The notes below the pieces were generated by a model, which was given only the letters and a program-made list of their open reading frames with translations, searched no databases and was not told where the DNA came from. A program made the position numbers and the translations under genes. A stretch of DNA of 62,960 bases, the filler included, from Octopus bimaculoides (taxonomy: Eukaryota): NCBI RefSeq assembly GCF_001194135.2. It is 4 parts of 4 records of this genome, joined end to end, with 100 filler letters (N's around TTAATTAATTAA, not from the genome) between each part and the next. Parts side by side here need not be neighbours in the genome. Positions count along the whole stretch, not along the records: positions 29,976 to 61,720 come from NC_069007.1; positions 61,821 to 62,960 come from NW_026430278.1; 2 more parts are not named here. One strand, 5' to 3'. Positions within the stretch are counted from its first letter, which is position 1. The number at the start of each line of letters is the position of its first letter. This document shows, piece after piece, positions 50,756 to 62,960 of this stretch.

Positions 50756-50924
50756 GTTGGTCACTTTTTGTTATATAATTTCTCATCCTAACACCAAACA
50801 CTTTACAGAGTGCACTGGGTACTTTTTATATGGCACCAGCACAATCAAGATGATGATGTTGATGGTGGTGGTGGTAGTGATGATGATGATGATGAAGATA
50901 ACATTATTGTTTTGTTCTTTTCAG

Positions 50925-51113
50925 CCAGTCCAGTGACGATTATGTTCCAGTTGGCATTCTGCCTCAAAGTGACAACTGGATTTGTCAACAAGGCACACAC
51001 ATTTTGCTACTCAATCCGCATCGTATTAACGAGGTCGTTATCTACAGACGCCTCTTAGAATCCTTCCAGTTCCAAACTGAATCTTTGGAGACCCCAGTCG
51101 ATATTAACGAACG
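50925..51113 (+). CDS. PMS1: PMS1 coding exon 14
   Basis: cag|...DNWICQQGTHILLLNPHRINEVVIYRRLLE...PVDINE cg|gtaagg; PMS1-type LLNP.R..E in place of the PMS2 DQHA motif. Confidence 0.9.
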
Positions 51114-51179
51114 GTAAGGTCCACTTCCAACCCAAGTTGGAATTTTTATTCATTGATTTTTTTTTTATTTTACAATACG

Positions 51180-51550
51180 CAGGCATGGCTGTGTGGTTAA
51201 GAAGTTCACTTTCCAACCACATGGTTCCAGGTTCAGTCCCTCTGTGTGGAATCTTAGGCAAGTGTCTTCTATTATAGCCCCAGGCTCACCAAAGCCTTAT
51301 GAGTGGATTTGGTAGACAGAAGCTAAAAGAATTTCATTGTAATAAAAGTGTGTATGTTTGTGTGTCTGTGTTTGTCCACCCACCATCGCTTGACAACCGA
51401 TGCTGGTGTGTTTACGTCCCTGTAACTTAGCGGTTCAGATAGAATAAGTACTAGGCTTACAAAGAAAAAGTCCTGGGGTTGATTTGTTCGATTAAAGGCG
51501 CTGTTCCAGTATGGCGGCTGTCAAATGACTGAAACAAGTAAAAGAATAAA
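51180..51550 (+). mobile_element. SINE family 1, full length
   Basis: Head, central domain and GTCAAATGACTGAAACAAGTAAAAGA tail. Confidence 0.85.
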
Positions 51551-52018
51551 AAAATATAGAAAGAGGATGGATATATCCAGGCAGAGACTGAATTTCTCTG
51601 AATAAAAACCAATCCTGGTTCCTTTTAATGGTGTATTTTTTGGTAATCATCCTTTCGCTCCCATCCAATGTTCCAGTTTATTTTTTGGCTACTTAGGGTG
51701 TAAAGTAGAATATTGATAATAAAGAGAATGAAGAATTTGAACATTCAAACTTTATGGTTATTCCCAGTTAATTTATTCATAATAATTGTCCGACAAGTGT
51801 TTCAATCACACTGACTGTGTATTGCATAGTTATATGCAGCGATTTATGCATTATTAGTATGATCTCTTCAAGTATATATATATATATATATATACCTGCT
51901 TCAATGAAATCCATCTGACCCATGCAAGCATGGGAAAGTGGATGTTAAACTGACAGTGATGTTGAGGAATACTATTTATGTACCAATCTGAAGAATCTAA
52001 ATTATTTCTGATTTGTAG

Positions 52019-52155
52019 TTTATTGGGTGATGTAAAGCTTTGGAGGACATTGCTGGCTTTGGAAACTGAACAAGAGAAAGAAATGCTTCCAGGTTTTCGA
52101 AAAATCACAGATCACAGAATAATTGCCAATGGATTCCATATTGTCATCTTCAGAG
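52019..52155 (+). CDS. PMS1: PMS1 coding exon 15
   Basis: tag|LLGDVKLW...ITDHRIIANGFHIVIFR g|gtttgt. Confidence 0.9.
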
Positions 52156-52385
52156 GTTTGTATTTTTTACACAAACCTTTTCTTATTTTACCATAGTTGT
52201 AAAACACACACACAAGGAGACAAAAACAACAGCAAAAGCATTTCACTAAAACTGCAACTCGTTAGAATAATCTTGATGACTAAAAACCAATTAAGAAAGG
52301 ATATAGATAACAGTGGAATGTGATTTTCTAAATCCAGGCTTGTCATTTTTTTTTTTTACTGTTTGTGTGTCTTTTGATATTCCAG

Positions 52386-52555
52386 AACAGGGTTCATCTC
52401 CTGAAGTGAAACAAGTGCAGTTAAGAGCTGTTGCGGATTCCATTCCTACTTATGGCGTTGGAGATTTATGTGAAGTCTTGGAGAACATTGCATCTTTGCC
52501 AGAATCTTCATCCCTCACGCAGAGTCGTCCATTGAAAATTCTAAATTATCTCAAG
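52386..52555 (+). CDS. PMS1: PMS1 coding exon 16
   Basis: cag|(E)QGSS...IPTYGVGDLCEVL...SRPLKILNYLK|gtatgt. Confidence 0.9.
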
Positions 52556-52959
52556 GTATGTCATTAATTCTCTGTTAGTATATACATGTGTATACACCCT
52601 CATATAAAGTAAAGACCCCATTTCAGTCATGAATGACCTTAGGATTGGAACCAGAAGGTTCCCCTACGAGGTATAAGTCCAGGTAAGGTTGTTTATGGAA
52701 GACCAGAAGTCGCCCATGCATACCACCCACCCATCTCCACACTACTGATGTTATCCAAGGGAAACGGAAAGGTCGATACAGCCTGTCTCATCAAACCAAG
52801 TGAAATCGTAGTTGTGGCCAATGCCTGTGTCACCTAAAAAGCACCCATTACACTCTTGGAGTGGTTGGCATTAGGAAGGGCATCCAGCTGTAGAAACCAT
52901 CCCAAACCGTCCAACCCATACCAGCATGGAAAATGGACATTAAATGATGATATCATTGT

Positions 52960-53006
<47 letters not shown>

Positions 53007-53106
53007 ATGGCTCTATATGTGTGGATGCATTGTTACTATTGCTCCTGTTTCTAGCAGAATGTCTGTGGACATTAGGAATTTCACATCAATTTCCTTATCT
53101 TTCCAG

Positions 53107-53307
53107 GGAGAAGCTGTCCGTATGACTCGCAAAAGTCCCTTATTTTCATGCCGTGAAGAAATCACTGAACTATTAGAGTCGAGTAAAAGACTGAAGACGT
53201 CTGAATGTCTCCACAGTCGACCGTTCTTTCAGAAGCTTTATGATATCAGTTCCATACCATTTTCTCAAACAACCTTTGGAGGAGAAAGCCAACTATCTCA
53301 GAAGTAA
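53107..53307 (+). CDS. PMS1: PMS1 coding exon 17 (terminal)
   Basis: cag|GEAVRMTRKSP...ECLHSRPFF...SQLSQK*; spliced CDS sums to 2889 nt (962 aa). Confidence 0.95.
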   Translation, partial: GEAVRMTRKSPLFSCREEITELLESSKRLKTSECLHSRPFFQKLYDISSIPFSQTTFGGESQLSQK

Positions 53308-53338
53308 ATTTTGTTACAGTAAATTTTAAGACAACAGG

Positions 53339-53344
53339 AATAAA
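53339..53344 (+). terminator. Candidate PMS1 polyadenylation signal AATAAA
   Basis: 32 nt after the stop, followed by a U-rich tract. Confidence 0.45.
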
Positions 53345-53809
53345 CTGGTTAGTTTTTTCTCTTTCTAATTGTACCTTTTAGTTGTTTCACTTTATAATTA
53401 CAAATCCCTACCTGGTTCAAGTTTTGCTAAAACTGAAACGACCCTTTTAAATATTTTAGGTTCAGGCTTTACTAATGATGAAGACGGTTGCATAAAAGTT
53501 TACAATATGCGCAGGTGTGGCTGTGTGGTTAAGAAACTTGCTTCCCAACTATGTGGTCTTTGGTTCAGTCCCACTGGGCAGCACCTTAAGAACATGTCTT
53601 CTATTACAGCCCTGGAAAGACCAGTGTGTTGTGAATAGATGTTCATAGATGGAAACTCAGAGAAGCCCTTTGCATGGCTGTGTGGTAAGACATTTGCTTC
53701 CCAGCCACATGGTTCCAGGTTCAGTCCCACTGCGTGGCACCTTGGGCAAATGATGCTGACCAGAGCCTTGTGAATGGATTTGGTAGACGTGAAGTGACTG
53801 AAGTCATTC

Positions 53810-54140
53810 TTTTTATTCATTTGACTGCGGCCATGCTGCAGCACCGCCTTTTAGTTGAGGGAAATTGACCCCTGGACTTATTCTTCATAAACCTGGCGCT
53901 TATTCTATTGGGCTCTTCTGCCGAACCGCTAAGTTATGAGGACGTAAGCAGGGCAGGGGGGACAGACACAAACACACATATATATGACAGGCTTCTTTCA
54001 GTTTCCATCTACCAAATCCACTCACAAGGCCTTGCTCATTCCAGGGCTATAATAGAAGACATTTGCCCAAGGTGCCACACAGTGGGACTGAACCTGGAAC
54101 CATGTGATTGGGAAGCAAGCTTCTTACCACACAGCCACAT
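53810..54140 (-). mobile_element. SINE family 1
   Basis: Reverse complement of family 1 tail, central domain and head. Confidence 0.8.
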
Positions 54141-54669
54141 CTGCACCCATACATACACATGTATATCCCCAAGTTTGTCCCCACCACTGCCGGTGTTGGT
54201 TTGTTTACATCCCTACAACATAGTTTAGCAAAAGAGACTAACAGGAAAAGTACCAAGCTTCAAAATGCCCCAGTCTGGCCACAGTCCATTGACTGAAACA
54301 ACAATCACATCAGAATTTCTATACTGAATGGTTAATTCGAAACAATGGGAATAAATATGGATTGAATTTGACAGAGAAATCGGAATGCAAATGGGAGTTA
54401 AACAAACTGGAAAGACAAATGAACAAACAGAAAAAATATTTTTTTAAACTATGTATTTATTATCTAAAATGTTTCTCATTTATTACACAAAACAAACAAA
54501 AAAAAAACGGACTCCATGGCAACAATAAAGGTTCGTCTTCATCGGCCCATCCAACATTGTTTTTCACCTCAGCTAAAACAATATACCACAAGAAAGACTG
54601 CAAAGAAAGAGAATTAGAAGTTAGACACATAATCTTATTTCTTTACTGCCCAGAAGGGGCTACACACAC

Positions 54670-54850
54670 AGGGGACAAACGGATTAAGTCAATTACATCG
54701 ACCCCAGTGCGTAACTGGTACTTATTTAATCGACCCCGAAAGGATGAAAGGCAAAGTCGACCTCGGCGGAATTTGAACTCAGAACGTAGCGGCAGGCGAA
54801 ATATCGCTAAGCATTTCGCCCGGCATGCTAACGATTCTGCCAGCTCGTTG
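54670..54850 (-). mobile_element. SINE family 2, CpG-rich (young or unmethylated), between PMS1 and NDUFAB1
   Basis: Close to consensus. Confidence 0.85.
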
Positions 54851-55349
54851 CCATAATCTGCTTCTAGTATAATGGTGTGGCCATTACTGTGCTTAGTACT
54901 TATTATCTAACGCAAGATCCCCCCCCCCTCCTTCAATGCCCCCTGCCACCTCTCAAAATTCCTTGATTGCAAGTTACTTGGTGACTCTGTTGGTGCCACG
55001 TAAAAAAGCATTCAGTCGACACTGTAAAGTGGTTGGCATCTGGAAGGGCATCCAGCTGTAAAAATCTTGCCAAAACTGACCTCATCTTAAATGAGGAATA
55101 CCAAATGTCTTCATGGACTATGTGCCTGACAAGCAGTACAGCATGTCGTTTCCAAATTCCTGGCAGAGTGGATTGCATCATGGTGCTGTTTTTCTCACAG
55201 ACAGTGCCCAGATGACCCTACTATACTGTGTAGTCAACAACATCAAAAACAAACAATGCACATGTGCCAAATTAAAAATATGACAATTTATCAATTGCAC
55301 CCTGTATGTATGTTTACATATATATATATTTTCCAATATAATAATAATA

Positions 55350-55575
55350 ATAATCCTTTCTACTAAAGGCACAAGCTTGAAATTTGAAGGGAGGAGACTA
55401 GTCGATTACATAAACCCCAGTGTTTCAGTGGTACTTCATTTATTGACCTCGAAAGGATGAAAGGCAAAGTTGACCTCGGCGGAATTTGAACTCAGAACAT
55501 AAAGATGGGTGAAATACCAGTTAATTTTGTCCAGCGTGCTAATGATTCTCTGACTCTGCCAGCTCGCCTTCCTAA
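55350..55575 (-). mobile_element. SINE family 2 in the probable NDUFAB1 3' UTR
   Basis: Core reads GTCAATAAATGAAGTACC on the minus strand. Confidence 0.8.
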
Positions 55576-55642
55576 CAGAAAAGAAATTAATATTAACAAC
55601 AAGAACATTATCTTACCTTACTGACTCTATCGTATCGTATCG

Positions 55643-55858
<216 letters not shown>

Positions 55859-56458
55859 TCAACAGAACTGCTGTAATTATTGATTTTCTATCCTATATTC
55901 TGTAATCAATAACGTTGCCATTGGTTACAGGCTTTCAACAGGCCGGTCTTTACTTCACACCATTTCTAAAGGATGGAATCCAGAGTTTTTTTGTTTTTTT
56001 TCAGGCACAGCTTTGTGAACGGATTTTGGAGACCGGTACCAAAAGAAGATGGCTGTATATGATTGTGGTCTTGGTTTCATTCCCACTGTATGGCACCTTG
56101 GGCAAGTGTCTTCTACTACAGCACTGGACTAACAAAAGCCTTTTGAGTGGTATACTGAACCGAATTGCAGGGGGCACAAAGGAACCCCGAACTATTTATG
56201 TCCAGAGCAAACTCCTTGCTTTCAGTCTCAACAGACCACCAGTGACCAATCTGCAGCATCGGACTAATTGAAAGCAAAACAGAGCATCTCAACAGGAATA
56301 TGGTAACAAAAGGGTTAAGGAGTGCACTGGGTTCTCTGTATGTGGCATTAGCATTGGTGCTTTGTATGTGGCACCAAGTAAATTGCAAGACTAAAAGCCC
56401 TCAGCTGGGAGATGGAGAAGTACTGAAGGAGGTGTCTTTATGCAGGTTAAGAGGTTAA

Positions 56459-56670
56459 CCCTTTTGATACCAACCCAGCTGAAACCACCTCTGGCTCTGT
56501 AGTACAAATATCTTGGTCTGAATTAAAATCTTCCACCAAACCTCAGTCACAATTTATGTTCCTTACACTAGCTTAATGATAACCAAGTTATTTTACTAAA
56601 TTATTTGTTATATTTAAAATTAATTGAAAGAAACACAGAGCATCTCAACCGAAATATGGTAACAAAACGG
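56459..56670. mobile_element. TTAA-flanked MITE (piggyBac-like ends), NDUFAB1 intron 3
   Basis: TTAA|CCCTTTTGATACCA ... TGGTAACAAAACGG|TTAA; an additional end fragment at 56270-56318. Confidence 0.75.
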
Positions 56671-56673
56671 TTA

Positions 56674-56838
<165 letters not shown>

Positions 56839-57639
56839 TTAAAATCATTAATTAGAGAAAATCAAAACAAATAATTTAAAACCATCTTCTGCCCACCTCT
56901 TACTAGGGTACAGTAATTTAAAACCACCACAAGGTACTATAATTTAAAACCGCCCATTGGAAATTACTAGGGTATGGAAACCACACATAGATAATAGGAG
57001 TCAATTTGTGTGGCTAAACCCTTTAAGATGGTGCTCCAGTATGGTCGCAGTCTAATGACAAAAACAAAACAGTAAAAGAGGGAACAAAATGATTCATGGC
57101 AACAAGATGGTGGAATTGTTACGTCAGAAAAAAATTGCCTAGAGGTACTTCTTCCAGCTCTGGGTTCAAATCCTGCTGAGGTCGACTTCATCTTAAAATT
57201 AAAATACCAGTCAAGTACTGGGGGGGGGGGTCAATAGTAACAGCTAGCCCCTTTCCCCTTAAATCTGCTGGCCCTTTGAACCTAATTAGAAACAAGCAAT
57301 TTAACAAAGTGAATGAGAAGAACAGGATGAAGATGTTTAATATATTTATAGAGAAACAGCCACAAGAAAAGATGGATTGTAACGTTGAGAAGCTAAACCC
57401 CCTAAAGGAATAATATACAGTAAAAGTACCTTGTTAGGGTCAATTTTGTCATAGAGGTTGAGTACAAGGATAACCCTCTTCTGAACGTTGTCCAGTGAAA
57501 GTGTAGGTCGATGCCCATAGAACCTGGCTGGATTAATTTGTTGGGATGGACATGAAGTCTACAAGTATAGCACATGAAAGGAAAAAAAAAAAATTTTTAA
57601 ACAAGGAAAAAGGTTGACCGTTTCAAAATGCAATAATAC

Positions 57640-57750
57640 CTTTTCCCCACTGATCTTATCGAAATTCCGGCATATTTGCATCACTCGTTCCTCGAGCTCT
57701 TGAGTTTTGCTGCATAAGTGACGCACATCGAGCGGAAAGACAGAGTTATG
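57640..57750 (-). CDS. NDUFAB1: NDUFAB1 exon 2
   Basis: aattag|HNSVFPLDVRHLCSKTQELEERVMQICRNFDKISGEK|gtatta; phase 0-0; ACP helix 1. Confidence 0.88.
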
Positions 57751-57889
57751 CTAATTGGACGAAAATAAAGAGATGCAAAAAAACAAAATTAATTAAAACA
57801 CATTTCAATACATTTACATTAATCAAATGACATGGAAACACTATATAAGGATAAGATTGTTATTTTAAATACCAATCTTATCAAGTGGC

Positions 57890-58352
57890 CATAAACCAGT
57901 CATATCTGGTCAAAATATTCAACCTGTTTCATGTTCAAACTTGCCAGATTTGACCCCTCACACCTGACCTACAACATCATTCTAAAAGTAAACAATAACA
58001 TCTTGAAAGTACAAGATAATGCAAGATTAATTCAAAATAATATGGATAAATAAGCATTATGGCTCAATGGTTAGAGAATCGGGCTCACAATCAGTAGTAA
58101 GTTCAATTCTCAGACTGGCTGTAGATTAAATGAGTTGCAATGTTACTGATGCCAAGCTGTATCAGCCTAGCCCTTTCCCTTGGATAACATCAGTGGTGTG
58201 TAGAGGGGAGCCTGGTTTGCATGGGTGACAGCTGGTTCTCCATGAACAGAAGGGAACTTTCTGGGTACAATCCCTTGGTCATTCATGACCGAAGGGGGTA
58301 GTGGTGTCTTACCCCCTTTTATATTTGACAGTAAGCTGAGGGTTAAAGGGTT
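57890..58352. mobile_element. MITE-like repeat interrupted by a CORE-type SINE (about 58060-58318)
   Basis: 57895-57957 is the reverse complement of a repeat at about 42085-42165; resumes after the SINE and ends AAAGGGGTTAA. Confidence 0.5.
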
Positions 58353-58711
58353 AAATACCTAATCTTTGACACCATGAAACCCAGCACTTCACACAGACAA
58401 GCATCACACAACCTGCCCTTCACTTGGAAAGAGAGAAACTTTTCACTGTTAACACAGATAAAAAAAAACCCCCAGAAAAAAGCTCCCTGAACTTTTTTCC
58501 GTTCTGTTCTTTGCTGGAGTTTTGTTACAGTTTGCTGCTCCCATCTGTCTGCTGTATTTAAGGTCTCCCTTACATCAACCTGCTTCTGACCCCAACTATA
58601 CTTCTTGTGTCCCTATAATTTACAAGAGTCTGAATCGGAGGTGCCAATAGTAGGAGAGTCGGAGTCGGAGTCCAAGCTTTTTGCTTCGACTCCAGACTCC
58701 ACAGCCCTGGT

Positions 58712-59160
58712 TTCAAAGTGGTCACCTTGGACAGTTAATACACTGGTCCCCAGTGTTCCTGCCACTTTTGGAATCTGGCCTGGAAGTCATTTTCCGTGAG
58801 TCGAGGACCTTCTGCGATTTACTCTGGATCTCGACAAATGGTAACCTTTGAGCTGCATTTTCATTTTGGGTAAGAGATGGAAGTCAGATGCTAAATCTGG
58901 TAAATAGCACGGGTACAGAAGCAATATCATGTTTTTGGCGAGAAACTCAAAAGAGAAGAGAACTCGGTGACAGGGTGCATTGTTGTCACAAAGAACCCAA
59001 TTCTTTGTGCTCCACAAATCAGGTCACTTCTGCCGAACGCCCTCCCTCAAATGCTTCAAAACATTACAGCAAAATTCTGAGACTGATGCGAAGAATTTAT
59101 TCTCAAACCGAAGACCTGTCGCAAATCCTTGCAACGGTGTGACCGCCATAAAATGCATCA
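58712..59160 (-). mobile_element. Mariner transposase 3' remnant
   Basis: WSTKNWVLCDNNAPCH...EFLAKNMILLLYPCYLPDLASDFHLLPKMKMQLKG, a degenerate HDNA / YSPDLAPxDF. Confidence 0.75.
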
Positions 59161-59479
59161 AAGAGGACCGGGTGGTGGTTGTGATGGTGGCGGGTGGGAC
59201 AATGGATCAAGTGGACATCCCAAGAACTCAAAACGCAAAAAATCGGAACAAACACTGCTCTAACAATTTCACCTACCTACCGTTATGAACTGGCAACTTT
59301 ATTTCATCGACCCAGCGAGGAGATGAAAAAACAATGTTGACTCCGTCGCGATTTGAACTCGGAGCGCAGAGTAAGCCACAACAGATACTTGGCTCTCTTA
59401 CCCTCTTCGGATTTTTTTGATTTTTAAATTAATGCTTTCATTCAGTTTCGGTTTTTGTGTATTATTAATATGAAGATTA

Positions 59480-59700
59480 AGGTGGCGAACTGGCAGAATC
59501 GTTAGCACGTAGGGCAAAATGCTTGACGTTGTGAGTTCAAATTGCGCCGAAGTCGACTTTGCCTTTCATCCTTTCAGGGTCGATGAAAGAAGCCCCAGTT
59601 GAAAACTTGGGGGGGGGGGTCGATGTAATCCACATATTCTCCCCACTTCCCCGGAAATTGCCGGCCTTGTGTTTAAATTTGACACCATTATTAATACGAA
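59480..59700 (+). mobile_element. SINE family 2
   Basis: GGCGAACTGGCAGAATCGTTAGCACG head and core. Confidence 0.8.
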
Positions 59701-60874
59701 GATTATATAACAATATTATGGGAACTAGCAGAATGGGAGGAGAAACACGAGACAAAAGACATTGCAGGTCACCGAGTTCAAATCCCGCCAGAGTTGTCTT
59801 TGCCCTTCGTCCGTCTTGTCAGAAGTATAAGAATCGATATAATAGCCGACGCCGATATTGGAGGACCTCCACACATGACAGATATTAGCATTACATAACT
59901 GTAAGTTGTGAACCAATGAAGTACGCTTCTAAATACTCGTATGACCTGCAAGAAATAGCAGCCAAATCTCCACCAAAGTCACACCGTACAGCTTACATAT
60001 TTAAAGAATATTGTATATATGCGAATAAACCAGATATAACATACGAATAACATGATTCTGAGTGAAACGTCTTGAATAAGAGATACGTCTTCTGTAGGAA
60101 GATGAAGAGGAGACAGATAGATAGATAGATGGATGGATGGATAGATATTCGTTAGTCGGACAAAATATATATTCTATTTCGTTTATGGCTCATCGAGAAC
60201 TAAGGAACAAAAATATAAGAAGAGTTAATATATAATGTTTGGGAAAATAGAAATCGTATTTATAAATGTATGGCTTTGGTAATTTAAATGAAACACTTGC
60301 TAAATTTTCGTCTCTTATGAAATGGGATTAAAATATGGTTAAAGAAGCTGTAAATTGTATTTACTGCATAATTATAAATAATGTCAGTTGAAAATATTAA
60401 TTAGAAAAGAATATTTAAAATGAGAGGTCACTAAGACCTTCATTGATGTAAGAGAAGGTCATATTAACGGAGACGGAGAGGCGGGTGTTTTTAAGGGGTT
60501 AAATAGAGATTGGGGGGAGAGAGAGGAAGATATGAAGAGAAAGAGGAGGAAATTAAAGAGAAAGATGTTAAAAAGAAAGAGAAATAATGAGACAAATAGA
60601 GAGAGAGAGAAAGATGGAGAGAAATTGATACAGGCATAGACATCTCAAAAGTAAATAGACACACATCAGTTTTTTTATATTTATGTATATTCATATACAC
60701 ATATGTGCATGTATGTGTGTATATGTATATATATGTACGCATATATACACATATATACTCACACATACCTATGTACATGTTTATGTACCCCTTCGATCCG
60801 AACTCCACCGATATTATATACATGTATGCATGCATGGAAATACATACATGTGTGCGCGCGAGCCTGTATATATG

Positions 60875-60939
<65 letters not shown>

Positions 60940-61080
60940 GATTTTATCCCTAATATTATTATATATATATATATATATATACATATATCTAATAGGTGTC
61001 TATTTACTTTTGACATGATGTCCATATACCAAACACGCTGCCTAATGTGAAAGGTTTACAAGAGATCTGCAAACGTCTAC

Positions 61081-61254
61081 CTTGGTTGTTGATGTTGTCG
61101 TAACAGCTTGCGTGTGTGGGAACGAAGAAGTGATGCATCTCTGCCCTGATATGGTGGCCGTAGAAATAGTCCTTGCCACGGAAGGACAACGTAAACGGAG
61201 ACGTTGCGAGTTCAAAGCGAGGAACCTCAACGATTTACACAACACTGAAGCCAT
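61081..61254 (-). CDS. NDUFAB1: NDUFAB1 exon 1 (mitochondrial targeting presequence)
   Basis: aacATGg; MASVLCKSLRFLALNSQRLRLRCPSVARTISTAT...TTTSTTK|gtagac. R/S/T/L-rich with no acidic residues; phase 0; spliced CDS 465 nt = 154 aa. Confidence 0.8.
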
Positions 61255-61313
61255 GTTGACTCGAAATCTACAAACTGACACCCACAATGCAACACTGCAG
61301 TCGGGATGCGATA

Positions 61314-61321
61314 ACTTCCGG
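61314..61321 (-). promoter_or_regulatory. ETS/GABP (NRF-2) motif CCGGAAGT upstream of NDUFAB1
   Basis: Exact consensus 60 nt upstream of the ATG. Confidence 0.5.
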
Positions 61322-61399
61322 TTATATATATATACATGTGTATATGAATATTCATGTGTATATGCGTGTATACATACATTTATATATATATTATTTTAC

Positions 61400-61720
61400 T
61401 CTTTTACTTGTTTCAGTCATTTGACTGCGGCCATGCTGGAGCACCGCCTTTTTAGTCTAATCAAATCGACCCCCCCCTAGTACTTATTCTATCGTTCTCT
61501 TTAGCCGAACCGCTAAGTTACGGGGACGTAAACACACCAGCATCGGTTGTCAAGCGATGTTGGGGGGACAAACACAGACACACAAACATACACACACACA
61601 TGCATATATATATATATATATATATACATATATATTATACGACGGCTTCTTTCAGTTTCCGTCTACCAAATCCACTCGTAGGGCTTTGGTCGGCCCGAGG
61701 CTATAGTAGAAGACACTTGC
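61400..61720 (-). mobile_element. SINE family 1, truncated by scaffold end
   Basis: Tail and central domain close to consensus. Confidence 0.85.
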
Positions 61721-61820
61721 NNNNNNNNNNNNNNNNNNNNNNNNNNNNNNNNNNNNNNNNNNNNTTAATTAATTAANNNNNNNNNNNNNNNNNNNNNNNN
61801 NNNNNNNNNNNNNNNNNNNN
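61721..61820. other. Artificial scaffold-joining linker N44-TTAATTAATTAA-N44
   Basis: Identical structure to the other two. Confidence 0.9.
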
Positions 61821-62960
61821 GATAAATAAATAAATATACATATAAATAAATATATAGATAAATAAATAAACGTATATAAATAAATATTTATATATAAATA
61901 AATGAAAATATATATAAATAAATATATAAATAAATAAATATATAAATAAATACATATATATAAATAAATAAACATATAAAGAAATAAATATATGAATAAA
62001 TAAATAAAAATAAATAAATACATATATATATAAATAAATAAAAATATATATAAATAAATATATAGATAAATAAATAAATGTATATAAAAAAATATATATA
62101 TATAAATAAATGAAAATATATATAAATAAATATATAAATAAATAAATATATAAAAAATATATATAAATGAATAAATATATATAAATAGACATATATATAT
62201 AACTAAATAAATATATAAATAAATATATATATAAATAAATATATAAATGAATATATAAATAAATAAATATATATATATGAATAAATAAATATATAAATAA
62301 ATATATAGATAAATAAATATAAGAATAAATAAATAAATATATATATAAATAAATATAAGAATAAATGGATAAATATATATATAAATAAGGAGATATATAT
62401 ATATAAATATAAATAAAGAAATATATAAATAAATAATCAAAAAAATATATGAATAAATAAATAAATATATAAATAAATATATATATAAATGAATAGATAT
62501 ATATAAATATATATATATGAAATAATAAATATATATATAAATAAATATATAAATAAATAAATATATATATATACTAATAAATAAATATATATAAATTATA
62601 TATTTATATAAATAAATAAAAATATATATAAATAAATATATAAATAAATAAATATATAAAAAATATATATGAATAAATAAATATATATAAATAAAGATAT
62701 ATATAACTAAATAAATATATAAATAAATATAAATATAAATAAATATACAAATAAATATATATATAAATAAATATATATATAAATAAATACATATATATAA
62801 ATAAATAAATATATAAAAAATAAATATATGAATAAAAAAAAAAAATAACTATATATATAGATAAATAAATAAATATATATATAAGTAGATATATAGATAA
62901 ATAAATAAAGGTATATAAATGAATATATATATATAAATAAATGAAAATATATATAAATAA
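61821..62960. repeat. Extremely AT-rich degenerate (ATAA/AT)n low-complexity array
   Basis: Direct reading. Confidence 0.95.

Noticed and set aside
40588-53307. Calling the MutL gene PMS2 or MLH1
   Set aside because: HMG box present, DQHA endonuclease motif absent, and C-terminal GEAVR...RPFF matches PMS1.
60050-60110. GAAACGTC resembling a hammerhead 3' half
   Set aside because: No upstream CUGANGA core.

Overview
AT-rich, microsatellite- and SINE-laden animal genomic DNA with many N gaps. The repeat content points to an octopus/cephalopod; that is an inference. Three identical artificial linkers (N44-TTAATTAATTAA-N44 at 13442, 29876, 61721) show the window is four concatenated pieces, so adjacency across them is not biological. 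Genes assembled by hand from splice sites and reading frame: (1) the M3-P2-M4/C-tail exon of a two-pore-domain K+ channel (1175-1770, +); (2) a complete 17-coding-exon PMS1 (MutL family with HMG box, 40588-53307, +, about 962 aa); (3) a complete 4-exon NDUFAB1, the mitochondrial acyl carrier protein (61254-55643, -, 154 aa), almost entirely missed by the ORF track and convergent with PMS1. Mobile DNA includes four SINE families, R4/Dong-, CR1- and RTE-type LINE fragments, two Penelope-like (PLE) fragments, a TIR-bounded mariner, other Tc1/mariner remnants and TTAA-flanked MITEs. The most striking signal is six minimal type-I hammerhead ribozyme motifs from three unrelated sequence families. 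One follows a PLE GIY-YIG ORF, four sit in two inverted-repeat structures, and one apparently intact copy lies in a long hairpin just upstream of, and antisense to, PMS1. Also notable is a CR1 3' tail shared with the commonest SINE, with a compensatory base-pair change in its stem-loop. Most listed ORFs are microsatellite or gap artefacts. Repeat boundaries are approximate; exon and ribozyme coordinates were counted base by base.
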